Part shown: in pieces, positions 1-9,403 of the stretch
How the letters are laid out: every line of letters begins with the position of its first letter
How positions within the stretch are numbered: position 1 is the stretch's first letter
Assembly: GCA_051886435.1 (NCBI GenBank)
Contig: JBJEYC010000052.1
Location: forward strand, 1 to 61,695
Reading direction: 5' to 3'
DNA length: 61,695 nucleotides
DNA from: Lachnospiraceae bacterium
GTDB taxonomy: Bacteria > Bacillota > Clostridia > Lachnospirales > Lachnospiraceae
The notes under the pieces: model-generated
The model's database searches: none
Told to the model about the DNA's origin: nothing
The model's input: the letters and a program-made list of their open reading frames with translations, nothing else
Translations under genes and position numbers: made by a program

Positions 1-152
1 TCGGGCACGTCCATGACGAACTCATCATCGAAGTTCCGATGGAAACAAACATGCAAGAGATCTGCGATATCATGGGACAGACACCAGATTGGATGCCGGG
101 CTTGCTGCTGCGGGCAGACGGGTATGAGTGCATGTTCTATCAGAAAGACTGA
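1..152 (+). CDS. C-terminal end of a phage-type family A DNA polymerase (5' part outside the window)
   Basis: Manual translation from nt 3 gives GHVHDELIIEVPMETNMQEICDIMGQTPDWMPGLLLRADGYECMFYQKD*. VHDE is PolA motif C. TGA at 150-152 is followed by a terminator. Confidence 0.85.
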   Translation, partial: GHVHDELIIEVPMETNMQEICDIMGQTPDWMPGLLLRADGYECMFYQKD

Positions 153-198
153 AAACGGCTCCGGAGAGGAATCAATCCTTTCCAGAGCCTTGTTTTTT
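152..198. terminator. Probable bidirectional intrinsic terminator between polA and AIPR
   Basis: Hairpin GGCTCCGGAGAGGA/TCCTTTCCAGAGCC (157-189), A-run before and T-run after, between convergent genes. Confidence 0.7.
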
Positions 199-214
199 CA
201 AGAACATATCGTGC

Positions 215-1960
215 TTAATCTGCAGTCCACCGTGATTCAAAGTCTTCCTTTGGCATTTGAAGATCCGCACTCAACGTGCTGATCATTTGCTTCATGCTTG
301 GATTGAACTTGGCAGACATCAGAAATTGCTTGACTGCAGTTCTTATATCCTTCAACGATGCCTTTGCCTTTGTCCAGTTCGGCGCAGAAAAAACCTTGTT
401 ATTTTGTGTGGCATCATCCAGCGCCGTCTCAAACGCCATATTTAAGCACTGTCCAGCAACTTCGATCACTGTATCAAGCTGGTTGGAATCCTTCAGTTTT
501 TGTAAAACAACTGCCGGATTCGGTACGAGATCCTGCATTTTATTGATCTCACCGAAGATTACAGAGATGGTGTACAGGTGATGGTATGGACCATACGCTT
601 TTAATGCCATCAATGATTCGTTAAGTCCTAGCGGATTGTCATTGCTCCAGTTCTTATATACGGCCTGATACAGCTCGGAAAGTGCCTGTATCTTTTCCGG
701 AGAATATTCTCTATGGAACAACTGCTCGAAATACTTATCAAATATCCTACTTTCACTGTATGACATCGTCGGTCTCTGAGAGTGCCATGCAATCATCTGT
801 TTTCCAAGCGATGTCAAATCAACAACGTGTGCCGTGTTATATTTTGCTGGATCTGCAGTTTCACCACGCTTGGTGATGAAATAGCCATCTGTGTAATGCT
901 GTTCATATGCCTTCTTCATAGAAAGCACATACTTATCATTACTTCGAAGGTCACGAGCTTTAACAGCACTCTGTGAGTTAGTGCAGGTACTTATATTATC
1001 CGCTCGTTCAGAATCGGCGATTTCATAAAAGCGGAACATAATATACGCATCAGATACGTTCCTTACAGATTCACTGCAGTTAAATATTGTGTTCAGAGAC
1101 TGACAGCCGTTTACTACGTTCAGCTCCTTCACGCTCATTGTATTGCCTTCTATTTTGATAGAAGAACAGATGGCAGTTACGCCATTGTGCAGGAAGAAAA
1201 ACTCCTCCGGATGATTTCTGAGAGTCCTGGCAATTCCTTTATTAACCTTGTTTCCGGATCCAAGGGACTGTCGCACATTTTTCCTGAAAAGAAGACCATT
1301 CTGAATCCCCGGAATTTTAATACAGTCACGAAGTGGAATAGCTGCTATAACGGCTCTCGTCGCATCTATGCGCATGTCCATAAACTTGCCCGGTTCAAGC
1401 GTGAACTCATAGTTTATGTAGGGACGATTTTTATTCAATGCCTCATCATATCTAGCTTGAATATCATCTCCGGCAACGAGCAATAGAATGGCGCTCAGTG
1501 TGTCGTTCTCCGAAAGCTTATTCTGAAAAGTCGCAAGATCGGCTTTTGCAGAATCTGTGAGTTCAGCTGTGGTTACCAATTCGAAGCAAATTTCATAATC
1601 ATCTTCAATTGCCTGAGCAATTTCACTAATCTTCTGCTTGAGTTTATCGTTTGCGGCATCCTGCAGTTTGGCCAGATCCTGAATTTGAATCCAAGAAGCA
1701 AGGACCTCTCTCAGTGGCTCCGAATCAATGGTTCCCTGATAAAATTTCCCCTGCAAAATGTAAACGGTCTGGGTCTGGTCATCTACATAGACAGCATCAA
1801 TCTGCTTATCTCCCGGTCCATCCGTAATACACGATTTTGCCTCAAACGTATCGAGGTTGTGAATGTTTCTAAGGTACCACGCCACAAAACGTTGTCCATC
1901 ATTCGGATAATTCTTCAGGTAATACTCCTGCGATAAATCCTTCTTTATCTGGTCATACAT
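215..1960 (-). CDS. AIPR family (abortive infection phage resistance) protein
   Basis: N-terminal D..ID..QGK nuclease-like motif. AIPR motifs FRKNVRQSLG, FFFLHNGVTAIC, VVNGCQS and TNSQSAV. Likely start is MYDQ at 1960. Confidence 0.85.
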   Translation of the reverse strand: MYDQIKKDLSQEYYLKNYPNDGQRFVAWYLRNIHNLDTFEAKSCITDGPGDKQIDAVYVDDQTQTVYILQGKFYQGTIDSEPLREVLASWIQIQDLAKLQDAANDKLKQKISEIAQAIEDDYEICFELVTTAELTDSAKADLATFQNKLSENDTLSAILLLVAGDDIQARYDEALNKNRPYINYEFTLEPGKFMDMRIDATRAVIAAIPLRDCIKIPGIQNGLLFRKNVRQSLGSGNKVNKGIARTLRNHPEEFFFLHNGVTAICSSIKIEGNTMSVKELNVVNGCQSLNTIFNCSESVRNVSDAYIMFRFYEIADSERADNISTCTNSQSAVKARDLRSNDKYVLSMKKAYEQHYTDGYFITKRGETADPAKYNTAHVVDLTSLGKQMIAWHSQRPTMSYSESRIFDKYFEQLFHREYSPEKIQALSELYQAVYKNWSNDNPLGLNESLMALKAYGPYHHLYTISVIFGEINKMQDLVPNPAVVLQKLKDSNQLDTVIEVAGQCLNMAFETALDDATQNNKVFSAPNWTKAKASLKDIRTAVKQFLMSAKFNPSMKQMISTLSADLQMPKEDFESRWTAD

Positions 1961-1974
1961 ATAAATCCACCCCA

Positions 1975-4911
1975 CTACATAAAAAATCCGTCAGTGTCAA
2001 AAAGTCGGTCAATCTCATCAATTGTAGCTGCTTTTTGCACCTTATCCCGAACGGCACTCTTTGCCATATCCAATCGTTTGAATCTGTTATTTCCTGCTGC
2101 ATCCTTGCTCATACGAATAAGCTGCATTCTTCCTACATCAGGATTCAGTCTGGCATATTCGGCAAACCCCTTTGCCTTGCCAAGATTATCTTTAAAATCC
2201 GGATTATGTGGTTCCAAGATATCAATTACATATCCCGAAATATCATCCTTCCGAACAATAAGGAAATCCGGATATGCTGGTTTTGTGAATCCTTCCTCCT
2301 CGTATGGAATGCAAAGTGCCCAAGAACCTCTTGACGGATTTCGAATCCAGCAGACAAAGTCAGGCCGCTTTTCTTCTTCCGCAATAACTCCAGCTTCCCA
2401 CGTATTTAACTTCAGCCTTGCTACTCCAGTCTCTTCACTCACAAAAAGATGATCGCGATATTCTTTACCACCTACATCATGTGGCACCTGGATAGTTTCT
2501 GGTAAGCGGAAGCTATGCTTACTGACTTTATCTCCATCAGAAACGATGCTGTTATACTGTCTGCGAATAGAATCTGAATCCATACGCGCAATATAACGAC
2601 GATATTGATCGTTCATTTCATGGAAGCGCTTTTCCGCATATACATGAAGTGAATTCATGCAATCTTCATCAGCGGCAAAGAGAATTACATCAATTTCATA
2701 CACGGCTGGATTTGACCAATCACCATACTTATTGCCGTATGCCAATCCAACGCCCTCGTTACAGAGCTTCGCCTCTGCGGACCGGAACTGTCTTTCTATA
2801 TCCGAATCTGTCGACGTAAAAAGATTATGTACAGAGTAGTTATCGATGCTCTCACCAAATGCATCAAAAATCTGTGAGGATAACTTGAACTGCTCAACTT
2901 GATGAACCAAGTCATCATACCTGCCATCGGCCTGAAGTTGAAGGATATAGTCATGTATCATCTCAACAATATGATCCTTGACCTCATCAACCGCACCACG
3001 ATATAGGTTAGCCATGGTAAGAAGGTGCGCCATTTTGAACAGCGATTTCAGGTAATTATTGATCTGAAAAGCGCGGACGTCATATGACAATAAACCACTA
3101 TCATTTATAAATTTCATTATGGCTTCGCGATCAAATAGATCTTCATTTTCTTTTGCCTCTTTGGATCCATCAATTTGATCGGTTGTCTTTTCTACAGATT
3201 CATCACCTGATGTAGTATCTTTTACCGCGCTTGTTGCAGTATCTGGTCCTGCAGCAGTTCCTGTCTGCTGCCCCGTAATTGGCTCTGCATGTTCAACAGT
3301 TTCATTATTTCCTTGATTCGATTCTGGAGTGTCTCCGGATGACAAATTACCTTCATTTGCAGGTGCATCCCTAAGTACATTATTTCCTGAGCCAGTTTCA
3401 TCTAATGTTTCGGACGGATATGAATACGAAGAGGTATCGTGGCCATTTGCGGCATCCATTCCTGCAAAATATTGATCCATCGTAATCTGATTTGGATCAA
3501 CACTCTCTACTTTCTTCCTTGGCCTTTTTACGGTTAATGTATCAAAGCTTCTGCCGGATGTTGATTCGCCATAGATGTCCGTTGGTATCTCACCGCCTTC
3601 GGAGCTCTGAAGTTCATCCACCACTTTCTTCACGGTAGCTTCATTAAAATACGGAAGGAAGAGATGCACATCATTGAGCACGTCGTCCACCAAAATACGT
3701 GACTGCATCGGTGTCCGGATCATTCGGCCTAAAAGCTGCGCAATATAAGTAGCGTCGGTTGCATGACGGAATGACATCATTGTTTCCGCTCTTGGGCAGT
3801 CCCACCCTGTTGAAAGATTCTCTTTGAAAAACACTACACGGATATTCTTATCATCTGCAATCCGTGATGGCTCCGCATATGGCACCTCTAAGTTATTCAT
3901 CATGATTGTGGAATCAGTTTGTCCAAATGTGTGAGCTACCTGTCCTTTATCGAATTGATAACCGATACGCTCCTCTATTTTTCTAAGGCACTCATCGAGA
4001 TCCGTATCAGAAATTTTCTTGCCGCTCCCATTCAATACCTGGATTATCAAGATAGGATTTACTTGGGCATAATGCTGCTCTCGGCAATACTGCTCCCAAT
4101 GACCACACTTTATTTTCCAGTCATCGACAGCAGCTTGGAGTATCGCCATATCATTATTCAGCGTTTCATCATCAGGATATGTGATTACAATTCTGTCTTT
4201 CAAGAGTCCTGATGAGCGTACTTGTTCCGCCGTAACAACCACTTTATGAATGGTAGAGGCGGTGTTCTCAACAAGAGCATTGAATCTTTGCGTCGTAGCA
4301 GACATACCAATAACTACAGGCATTGCACTTATATGATCTTTGTCGCTTCCTTTGATAAATTTCTGCATGATGGAGGTTGCCTTGCTGGCTTCTCTTCCCT
4401 GCATACCTCGGTGAGCTTCATCAATAATAAAGTAAAGTCTATCGTCCTTATCCCTAACGGTATTGTCAATGGTTTCCCAAATTGTATATGTTCTACTATC
4501 CGAATGCTTTGTAAGGTTAGAGGATACAGAAAGTTTCTGCGTGTTTAAGAAATAAATATGCCCATCTTCAAATTCCTCTTGGTCAAAAGAATCCTCTGAT
4601 ACCGTGACGCATTGCCCGATTCGGATTCTATCTGCCTTTGCATCGATCTTTAACTTTGATTGCTCATTCAACTGTGGCGAGTCGGACAGCCAAACAAAGA
4701 TCGCATTCTGCTGCTCTGCAAAATGATCGTCTCCAAAATAGATGTTCTCTATAAGGGAAGCCATGATTATCGTTTTGCCTGCTCCGGTTGGTGCCGTAAA
4801 TGAAACCACCTGCGGGACATGAGTTCTGTGGTAGGCGCCTAATGCTTCAGCTGTCTGCGCACGAAGATCCTGTAACGCACTTTTTTGAAATGGGAATAAT
4901 TCTACTTTCAT
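1975..4911 (-). CDS. Type III restriction-like Res subunit (SF2 helicase plus PD-(D/E)xK nuclease)
   Basis: Walker A APTGAGKT, DEAH, SAT, GWDCPRA, QLLGRMIR; C-terminal YPDFL...LEPH. Directly downstream of a Mod gene. Confidence 0.85.
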   Translation of the reverse strand: MKVELFPFQKSALQDLRAQTAEALGAYHRTHVPQVVSFTAPTGAGKTIIMASLIENIYFGDDHFAEQQNAIFVWLSDSPQLNEQSKLKIDAKADRIRIGQCVTVSEDSFDQEEFEDGHIYFLNTQKLSVSSNLTKHSDSRTYTIWETIDNTVRDKDDRLYFIIDEAHRGMQGREASKATSIMQKFIKGSDKDHISAMPVVIGMSATTQRFNALVENTASTIHKVVVTAEQVRSSGLLKDRIVITYPDDETLNNDMAILQAAVDDWKIKCGHWEQYCREQHYAQVNPILIIQVLNGSGKKISDTDLDECLRKIEERIGYQFDKGQVAHTFGQTDSTIMMNNLEVPYAEPSRIADDKNIRVVFFKENLSTGWDCPRAETMMSFRHATDATYIAQLLGRMIRTPMQSRILVDDVLNDVHLFLPYFNEATVKKVVDELQSSEGGEIPTDIYGESTSGRSFDTLTVKRPRKKVESVDPNQITMDQYFAGMDAANGHDTSSYSYPSETLDETGSGNNVLRDAPANEGNLSSGDTPESNQGNNETVEHAEPITGQQTGTAAGPDTATSAVKDTTSGDESVEKTTDQIDGSKEAKENEDLFDREAIMKFINDSGLLSYDVRAFQINNYLKSLFKMAHLLTMANLYRGAVDEVKDHIVEMIHDYILQLQADGRYDDLVHQVEQFKLSSQIFDAFGESIDNYSVHNLFTSTDSDIERQFRSAEAKLCNEGVGLAYGNKYGDWSNPAVYEIDVILFAADEDCMNSLHVYAEKRFHEMNDQYRRYIARMDSDSIRRQYNSIVSDGDKVSKHSFRLPETIQVPHDVGGKEYRDHLFVSEETGVARLKLNTWEAGVIAEEEKRPDFVCWIRNPSRGSWALCIPYEEEGFTKPAYPDFLIVRKDDISGYVIDILEPHNPDFKDNLGKAKGFAEYARLNPDVGRMQLIRMSKDAAGNNRFKRLDMAKSAVRDKVQKAATIDEIDRLFDTDGFFM

Positions 4912-4913
4912 AA

Positions 4914-7007
4914 CTACCTCCCAACATTAATCCGGAAATTGTCTAAATAATCCCTATACAGCTGATAGCAGTTCTTTCCCTCATAATTAGCAATCATCTC
5001 GCGATAAGCGGATTCAGAATCGGTGATGATAAAGATGGTCTCTATGTCCGGATTTTCCATCATTTTCTCATTGAATTCCGAATAATAAGCTTCATCAATT
5101 AAAACCGCGAATTTGTTTTTTGGAAGTATAAGCATTGCCGGTAGACTCTCTGAGTCTAATGTAGGGCAAGGCCCTATACAGTTTGATTTCATCCATAGTA
5201 CCGGTAATAGCTCTCTAAACTGCTTGCCCAGCGCTACTGCATTTTTATCCAAAAAACCGAGCTTAAAGAAAGCTGCATTAGCGTTAAATCCTTCAGACAT
5301 TTTGATATCCATTCCAATATATTCACCTTGTAGGGGATTATTATTAACATCCACACCCTTTATCGTACATATTGTGCGTGGCCAAGTAACATGATGTGCG
5401 ATTCCTAGTTCTTCCCATTTAGCATCTCCTGCCTTAAATCCCTGTTTTAGTAATACCTTTGCTTCGCTCTCAGAAACCTCATTATTGGTAACCATGATGC
5501 ATCTTCTATTTCCGCCATCCTCGGCATTCAAAAGGTTTACTGCATGCATTGTTGTTCCTGATCCGGCAAAGAAATCCACTATCAGCGCGTCTTTCTTATG
5601 CGCAGTAAAAAAGTATATGCAGTCTTTCACCGCATAGAGAGATTTCGGAAATGTAAAACGCTTCTCATTGAATAATTTTCCTAACAGTCTTGATCCATAT
5701 TGTGTTGAATCATGTGTAGATATCTTCCAAATATCTCCGGGCGTCGCAATTACATTATCATCATTATTAGTATCCACGATGAGTTCATCATTGATACCAC
5801 GACCACTTACAGAAAATTCACCAGAGGTAATCTTTGAATACTCGCCATCTTTCAAAATATATACTGTAAAACCTTTTTTGCTATTCCCGCCTATTTTTAC
5901 GCGACCTTGTTCTTTTCGCTTCAGAAAAGTTTCTTTTGACCATTGCCAGTTGCCTTCTGTTCCATTATTTCTAATCGGCAGCAAAATATACAAGTCTCCA
6001 ATGGGCGGTGCCTGGGATACTCCTGCCGGAAGCGGATCTCCTACTTCTTCAATTTTTCCATTACTTTTATTAATGTATATCGGGTAGAAGCCACCAGGTG
6101 AATGTCTACGTTCCGCATTTGTTCCAGATCTTTTTAACAAATCCCATCTAATGTTTCCTGTATGCGTTCTCCCTTTGCTCGACACCCATTCTCTATTCAG
6201 TTTTACTCTCTGGGGGCCTGAGCTTCCAAGCATCACAAAAAATATATATTCGCCACTTCTTCCAAATTCTCCAGCTCTCGCCACATTAGCAGGATTGATC
6301 ATGGTGCTAATCATCTGAATTCTGGCTTCTGGAAATAATTCTTCCAATAAGCAGCCAAGATGCAGATATTCTTTTTCATCTATTGTTATTATCAATACAG
6401 AATCCGAAGGATTTAAAAGTTTTTTTGCAAGAGTTAGTCTCTTTTCCATAAAAGACAGCCACTTGCTATGTCTGTATTGATCATTGTTATCAACATAATT
6501 ATTGTTGTATTTCCAATCTCTGGCACCTGTGTTGTAAGGTGGATCGATATAAATGCAATCTACCCTTCCAGCATAAAGATACTCCAGCAGCTGCAGCGCG
6601 TGATAGTTATCGGCCTCAATAAGAACATGCCATAAATTTGAATCAGGAGCGTTACAAACAGAATCGAGAGGTTTTAAATACGGATAAATTGGCTGGCCAA
6701 ATTCGGCCACGCAAACAAGCTCATCCAAAGTAAATGTCGATTCAGTATGATCCACTTTATGCTCACAGACAGCATTATCTCCGTCAATTGATTTAACGAG
6801 ATAAATGTCGTCAACTTTTCCTGTTTTCAAAGCAACTGTAGATCCACGCTTTATTTCCGTATCATAAAGAGGAGTACATTCTGGCAAGTGCTCCTCAAAA
6901 ACAAGGCCGAATTTCTTCTGCTTATTCAGCTTATTTACTTCGGTCAAAATTCTTTCACGCAATTTTGGATCATCAATCTGCTGAATCAAATCTTGTAATA
7001 CTGCCAC
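4914..7007 (-). CDS. Type III-like Mod subunit, N6-adenine/N4-cytosine DNA methyltransferase (beta class)
   Basis: IYIDPPYNTG (motif IV) precedes DFFAGSGTT (motif I), with FTFPKS and a variable TRD region in between. Confidence 0.9.
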   Translation of the reverse strand: MAVLQDLIQQIDDPKLRERILTEVNKLNKQKKFGLVFEEHLPECTPLYDTEIKRGSTVALKTGKVDDIYLVKSIDGDNAVCEHKVDHTESTFTLDELVCVAEFGQPIYPYLKPLDSVCNAPDSNLWHVLIEADNYHALQLLEYLYAGRVDCIYIDPPYNTGARDWKYNNNYVDNNDQYRHSKWLSFMEKRLTLAKKLLNPSDSVLIITIDEKEYLHLGCLLEELFPEARIQMISTMINPANVARAGEFGRSGEYIFFVMLGSSGPQRVKLNREWVSSKGRTHTGNIRWDLLKRSGTNAERRHSPGGFYPIYINKSNGKIEEVGDPLPAGVSQAPPIGDLYILLPIRNNGTEGNWQWSKETFLKRKEQGRVKIGGNSKKGFTVYILKDGEYSKITSGEFSVSGRGINDELIVDTNNDDNVIATPGDIWKISTHDSTQYGSRLLGKLFNEKRFTFPKSLYAVKDCIYFFTAHKKDALIVDFFAGSGTTMHAVNLLNAEDGGNRRCIMVTNNEVSESEAKVLLKQGFKAGDAKWEELGIAHHVTWPRTICTIKGVDVNNNPLQGEYIGMDIKMSEGFNANAAFFKLGFLDKNAVALGKQFRELLPVLWMKSNCIGPCPTLDSESLPAMLILPKNKFAVLIDEAYYSEFNEKMMENPDIETIFIITDSESAYREMIANYEGKNCYQLYRDYLDNFRINVGR

Positions 7008-7016
7008 ATTCTCACC

Positions 7017-7781
7017 TCATTCTTCTGTGATTGTCTTATGTTTGATATAGAAATCCATATTATGGGCATTACAGTAATTTGTAACTTCAGCCACTTTTTC
7101 GTTATAAAAATGTTTTTGCCCCGGATAAGCCGTCACAGTTTTGTTGTAGTTCATTCTTCCGAAAATAATCCGATCAGTAAAATTTACCGCATCAAGTATT
7201 TCAATAAGATTCTGCTCAATAATATTGGGAGTCGGATATGGCTCAATACTTACCCATGTTTTGCACCCCCGTTGATGAAGATCACGCAATGCTGAAATTC
7301 TCTGATCATATGGTGCAGAGCCCGGTTCAAATTTCGTCCGGAAATCTTCATCTAATGATACAAGTGTGATCCCGTACTCATTTTCATGCGAAAGCTCTGC
7401 AAGTTCGATGGGCGATATACCTTTCGTCAAGGTTGTGCATTTTATTCCTGCATCATTTAATTTCTTAATAGCAGCGATGCTCATTTCAGAGACTTCATCA
7501 TATCCAAACATAAAAGGATCGGTTGTAAAACACAGCTGTACTGAATGAATTTTATCCTTTAAGCGCGGAATCTCACGATCAAGCAGCTCAAGTGTATTAG
7601 AAACTAACTTGGGCTCTGTCCATTCCCCATAACTTTTTATTTGCCCGAATCGCTTTTTCATCAGATAGGCATAACACGGGAATTTACAGCCGTGCGCACA
7701 ACCCTGCACATGATTCATCGTATAATCACCGTATTCAACTCCTGTCTGATAAAGCATCGATTTTCTAGTTATTGTCTTCAA
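7017..7781 (-). CDS. Radical SAM protein, spore photoproduct lyase-like (three-Cys motif)
   Basis: GCAHGCKFPCYA cluster motif plus TTDPF, LTKG, FEPG and WVSIEP motifs. TTG start. Confidence 0.75.
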   Translation of the reverse strand: MKTITRKSMLYQTGVEYGDYTMNHVQGCAHGCKFPCYAYLMKKRFGQIKSYGEWTEPKLVSNTLELLDREIPRLKDKIHSVQLCFTTDPFMFGYDEVSEMSIAAIKKLNDAGIKCTTLTKGISPIELAELSHENEYGITLVSLDEDFRTKFEPGSAPYDQRISALRDLHQRGCKTWVSIEPYPTPNIIEQNLIEILDAVNFTDRIIFGRMNYNKTVTAYPGQKHFYNEKVAEVTNYCNAHNMDFYIKHKTITEE

Positions 7782-7796
7782 AAGTTACATCCTCAC

Positions 7797-8945
7797 TTAT
7801 CCCTGTTGAGCTGAAAAGGAAACAGATTTGAATTTTTGACCTGTTAATGGATCTTGAGAAAAATGAACATTATCGTTGTAAAGTCTCTTTAACTCCTTCG
7901 TTATTTCGTTTCTGAATCCCTCAGATGGAAAAACGGGATGTAGTTCCAAAGATTTCCAAAGCTCATCTAATGGCACATTTTGCTTCCCATTAAAAATATT
8001 CTGCAGATATTTCGCAATATCACATATGGTATAACAAGTCTCATCAGTTGGGACTATTGCTTCGCCAGCCCCAGGGTTTGAGAAGTCTAGTTCCATCTGA
8101 ACATAATTCGTATTAACATTCTTTGTTGACGACTTTCCCCCGAATACCGACCAGGCACATTGTTTATAGAGTTTAAATCCCTCAATATTGCTTGTACAGT
8201 GAAGCAAATCATACTGCAATGAGTTGTTCTGGTTATAAAAAGGGAATGATGCTACAAAATATCTTCTATTACCTTTCAGCCGATTGATAATCTCGTTTAT
8301 ACGTTTTTCATATGCAGTTTTGTCTGAACCATAAGGAACTAATTCTTCAAAATCCTCAAGATAAGTATGCTCATATTTTTCTTTTGAGCTTTCCTTCTTA
8401 ACACTGCTAATCGCACGTACAGGATCGAGAATGGCATGATTAATCATGACCTCGCCCCAGTTTCTAAAAAATGGCAGTAATACATCCCAATGAATGTCCG
8501 CATCATATGGATCATAAAGTAAAAAGTAATGCAAGTGTCCAGCACCGTTCAATTGTGGTCCAATCGTCTCCAGTAACTCTTTAGCGTCCTCGTTCGTTGT
8601 AACGATCGTAAAATTACCACCATTGGGCGGAAGCAATGTACGCAACTTCTCAATTCGTGGCTTAGATAAATCATTGAAATAAATTTGAACAGTCTTATCC
8701 TTGTATGTATTTGCGACGTCCTGAAGTGCTCGGACTACCCGAAGAGGAGAGCCGTCAACAAGATTGCCATCCTGATCATGGTATATTCCTGAATTGCACA
8801 TGCAATCTATGTAAATCAATCCATTACATTGCGGGGTAAGCATAAGCTTTTGAGCCCATGCTTTGATATACTTTTCAATGAGTTCAAATTTTTTAATCGT
8901 ATGCGGACTGGCATACGAAATCACCTCGTCCTTTTTTGCAGTCAT
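7797..8945 (-). CDS. tcmP: Three-Cys-motif partner protein TcmP-like (methyltransferase fold, possible C-terminal wHTH)
   Basis: HTIKKFELIEKYIKAW, YID..SG, GSPL, LYDPY and YDLLHCTSNIEG motifs; adjacent to a three-Cys radical SAM gene. Start MTAKK is translationally coupled to the XRE gene. Confidence 0.7.
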   Translation of the reverse strand: MTAKKDEVISYASPHTIKKFELIEKYIKAWAQKLMLTPQCNGLIYIDCMCNSGIYHDQDGNLVDGSPLRVVRALQDVANTYKDKTVQIYFNDLSKPRIEKLRTLLPPNGGNFTIVTTNEDAKELLETIGPQLNGAGHLHYFLLYDPYDADIHWDVLLPFFRNWGEVMINHAILDPVRAISSVKKESSKEKYEHTYLEDFEELVPYGSDKTAYEKRINEIINRLKGNRRYFVASFPFYNQNNSLQYDLLHCTSNIEGFKLYKQCAWSVFGGKSSTKNVNTNYVQMELDFSNPGAGEAIVPTDETCYTICDIAKYLQNIFNGKQNVPLDELWKSLELHPVFPSEGFRNEITKELKRLYNDNVHFSQDPLTGQKFKSVSFSAQQG

Positions 8946-8946
8946 T

Positions 8947-9171
8947 TTATTGCTTCCTTTCATCATCTGCTGTTGGGATAAACTCCATCACATCTCCAAC
9001 GTCGCATCCGAGTGCACCGCATACTTTCATGAGGACCTCCATACTTACAGGCTCCCCCTTAGATAGCTTTGTCACAGACGCCCAGCTGATGCCAGCCATA
9101 GACTGCAAATCCTTTTTCATCATGTCTTTATCAATCAACAGCTTCCAGAGCTTCTTATAACTTACTTTCAC
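8947..9171 (-). CDS. XRE/Cro-like HTH transcriptional regulator
   Basis: VSYKKLWKLLIDKDM...VSMEVLMKVCGALGCDVGDVMEF. GTG start at 9171 with GAGGAG RBS. Confidence 0.85.
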   Translation of the reverse strand: MKVSYKKLWKLLIDKDMMKKDLQSMAGISWASVTKLSKGEPVSMEVLMKVCGALGCDVGDVMEFIPTADDERKQ

Positions 9172-9244
9172 AGCAATCTCCTCTACACATTGCATGAAAT
9201 ACAAATCTCAGTCGACGTATAAGTATTTTATAACCAGTTACTTC

Positions 9245-9273
9245 ATTTTAACCTATCCCACTCGTCATATCAA
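9245..9273 (-). promoter_or_regulatory. Sigma70-type promoter for the XRE-tcmP-RM-AIPR operon
   Basis: Minus strand TTGATA-17 bp-TAAAAT. Confidence 0.6.
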
Positions 9274-9313
9274 GAAGCATCTTCACAAACACTTGAATCT
9301 ACTTCCCATTTAA

Positions 9314-9342
9314 TTGAATTTTCTCTGCACGAATGATATAAT
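9314..9342 (+). promoter_or_regulatory. Sigma70-type promoter for the ImmA/IrrE gene
   Basis: TTGAAT-17 bp-TATAAT with extended -10 TG. Confidence 0.7.
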
Positions 9343-9403
9343 TTTATCCAGAAAATTCTCAAGGATGTTTAGTGTAGTAATTATGACAAAGAGGTAATTT
9401 CTG

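Noticed and set aside
13-282. 89 aa plus-strand ORF
   Set aside because: It is out of frame with the real PolA C-terminus and runs through a terminator into AIPR.
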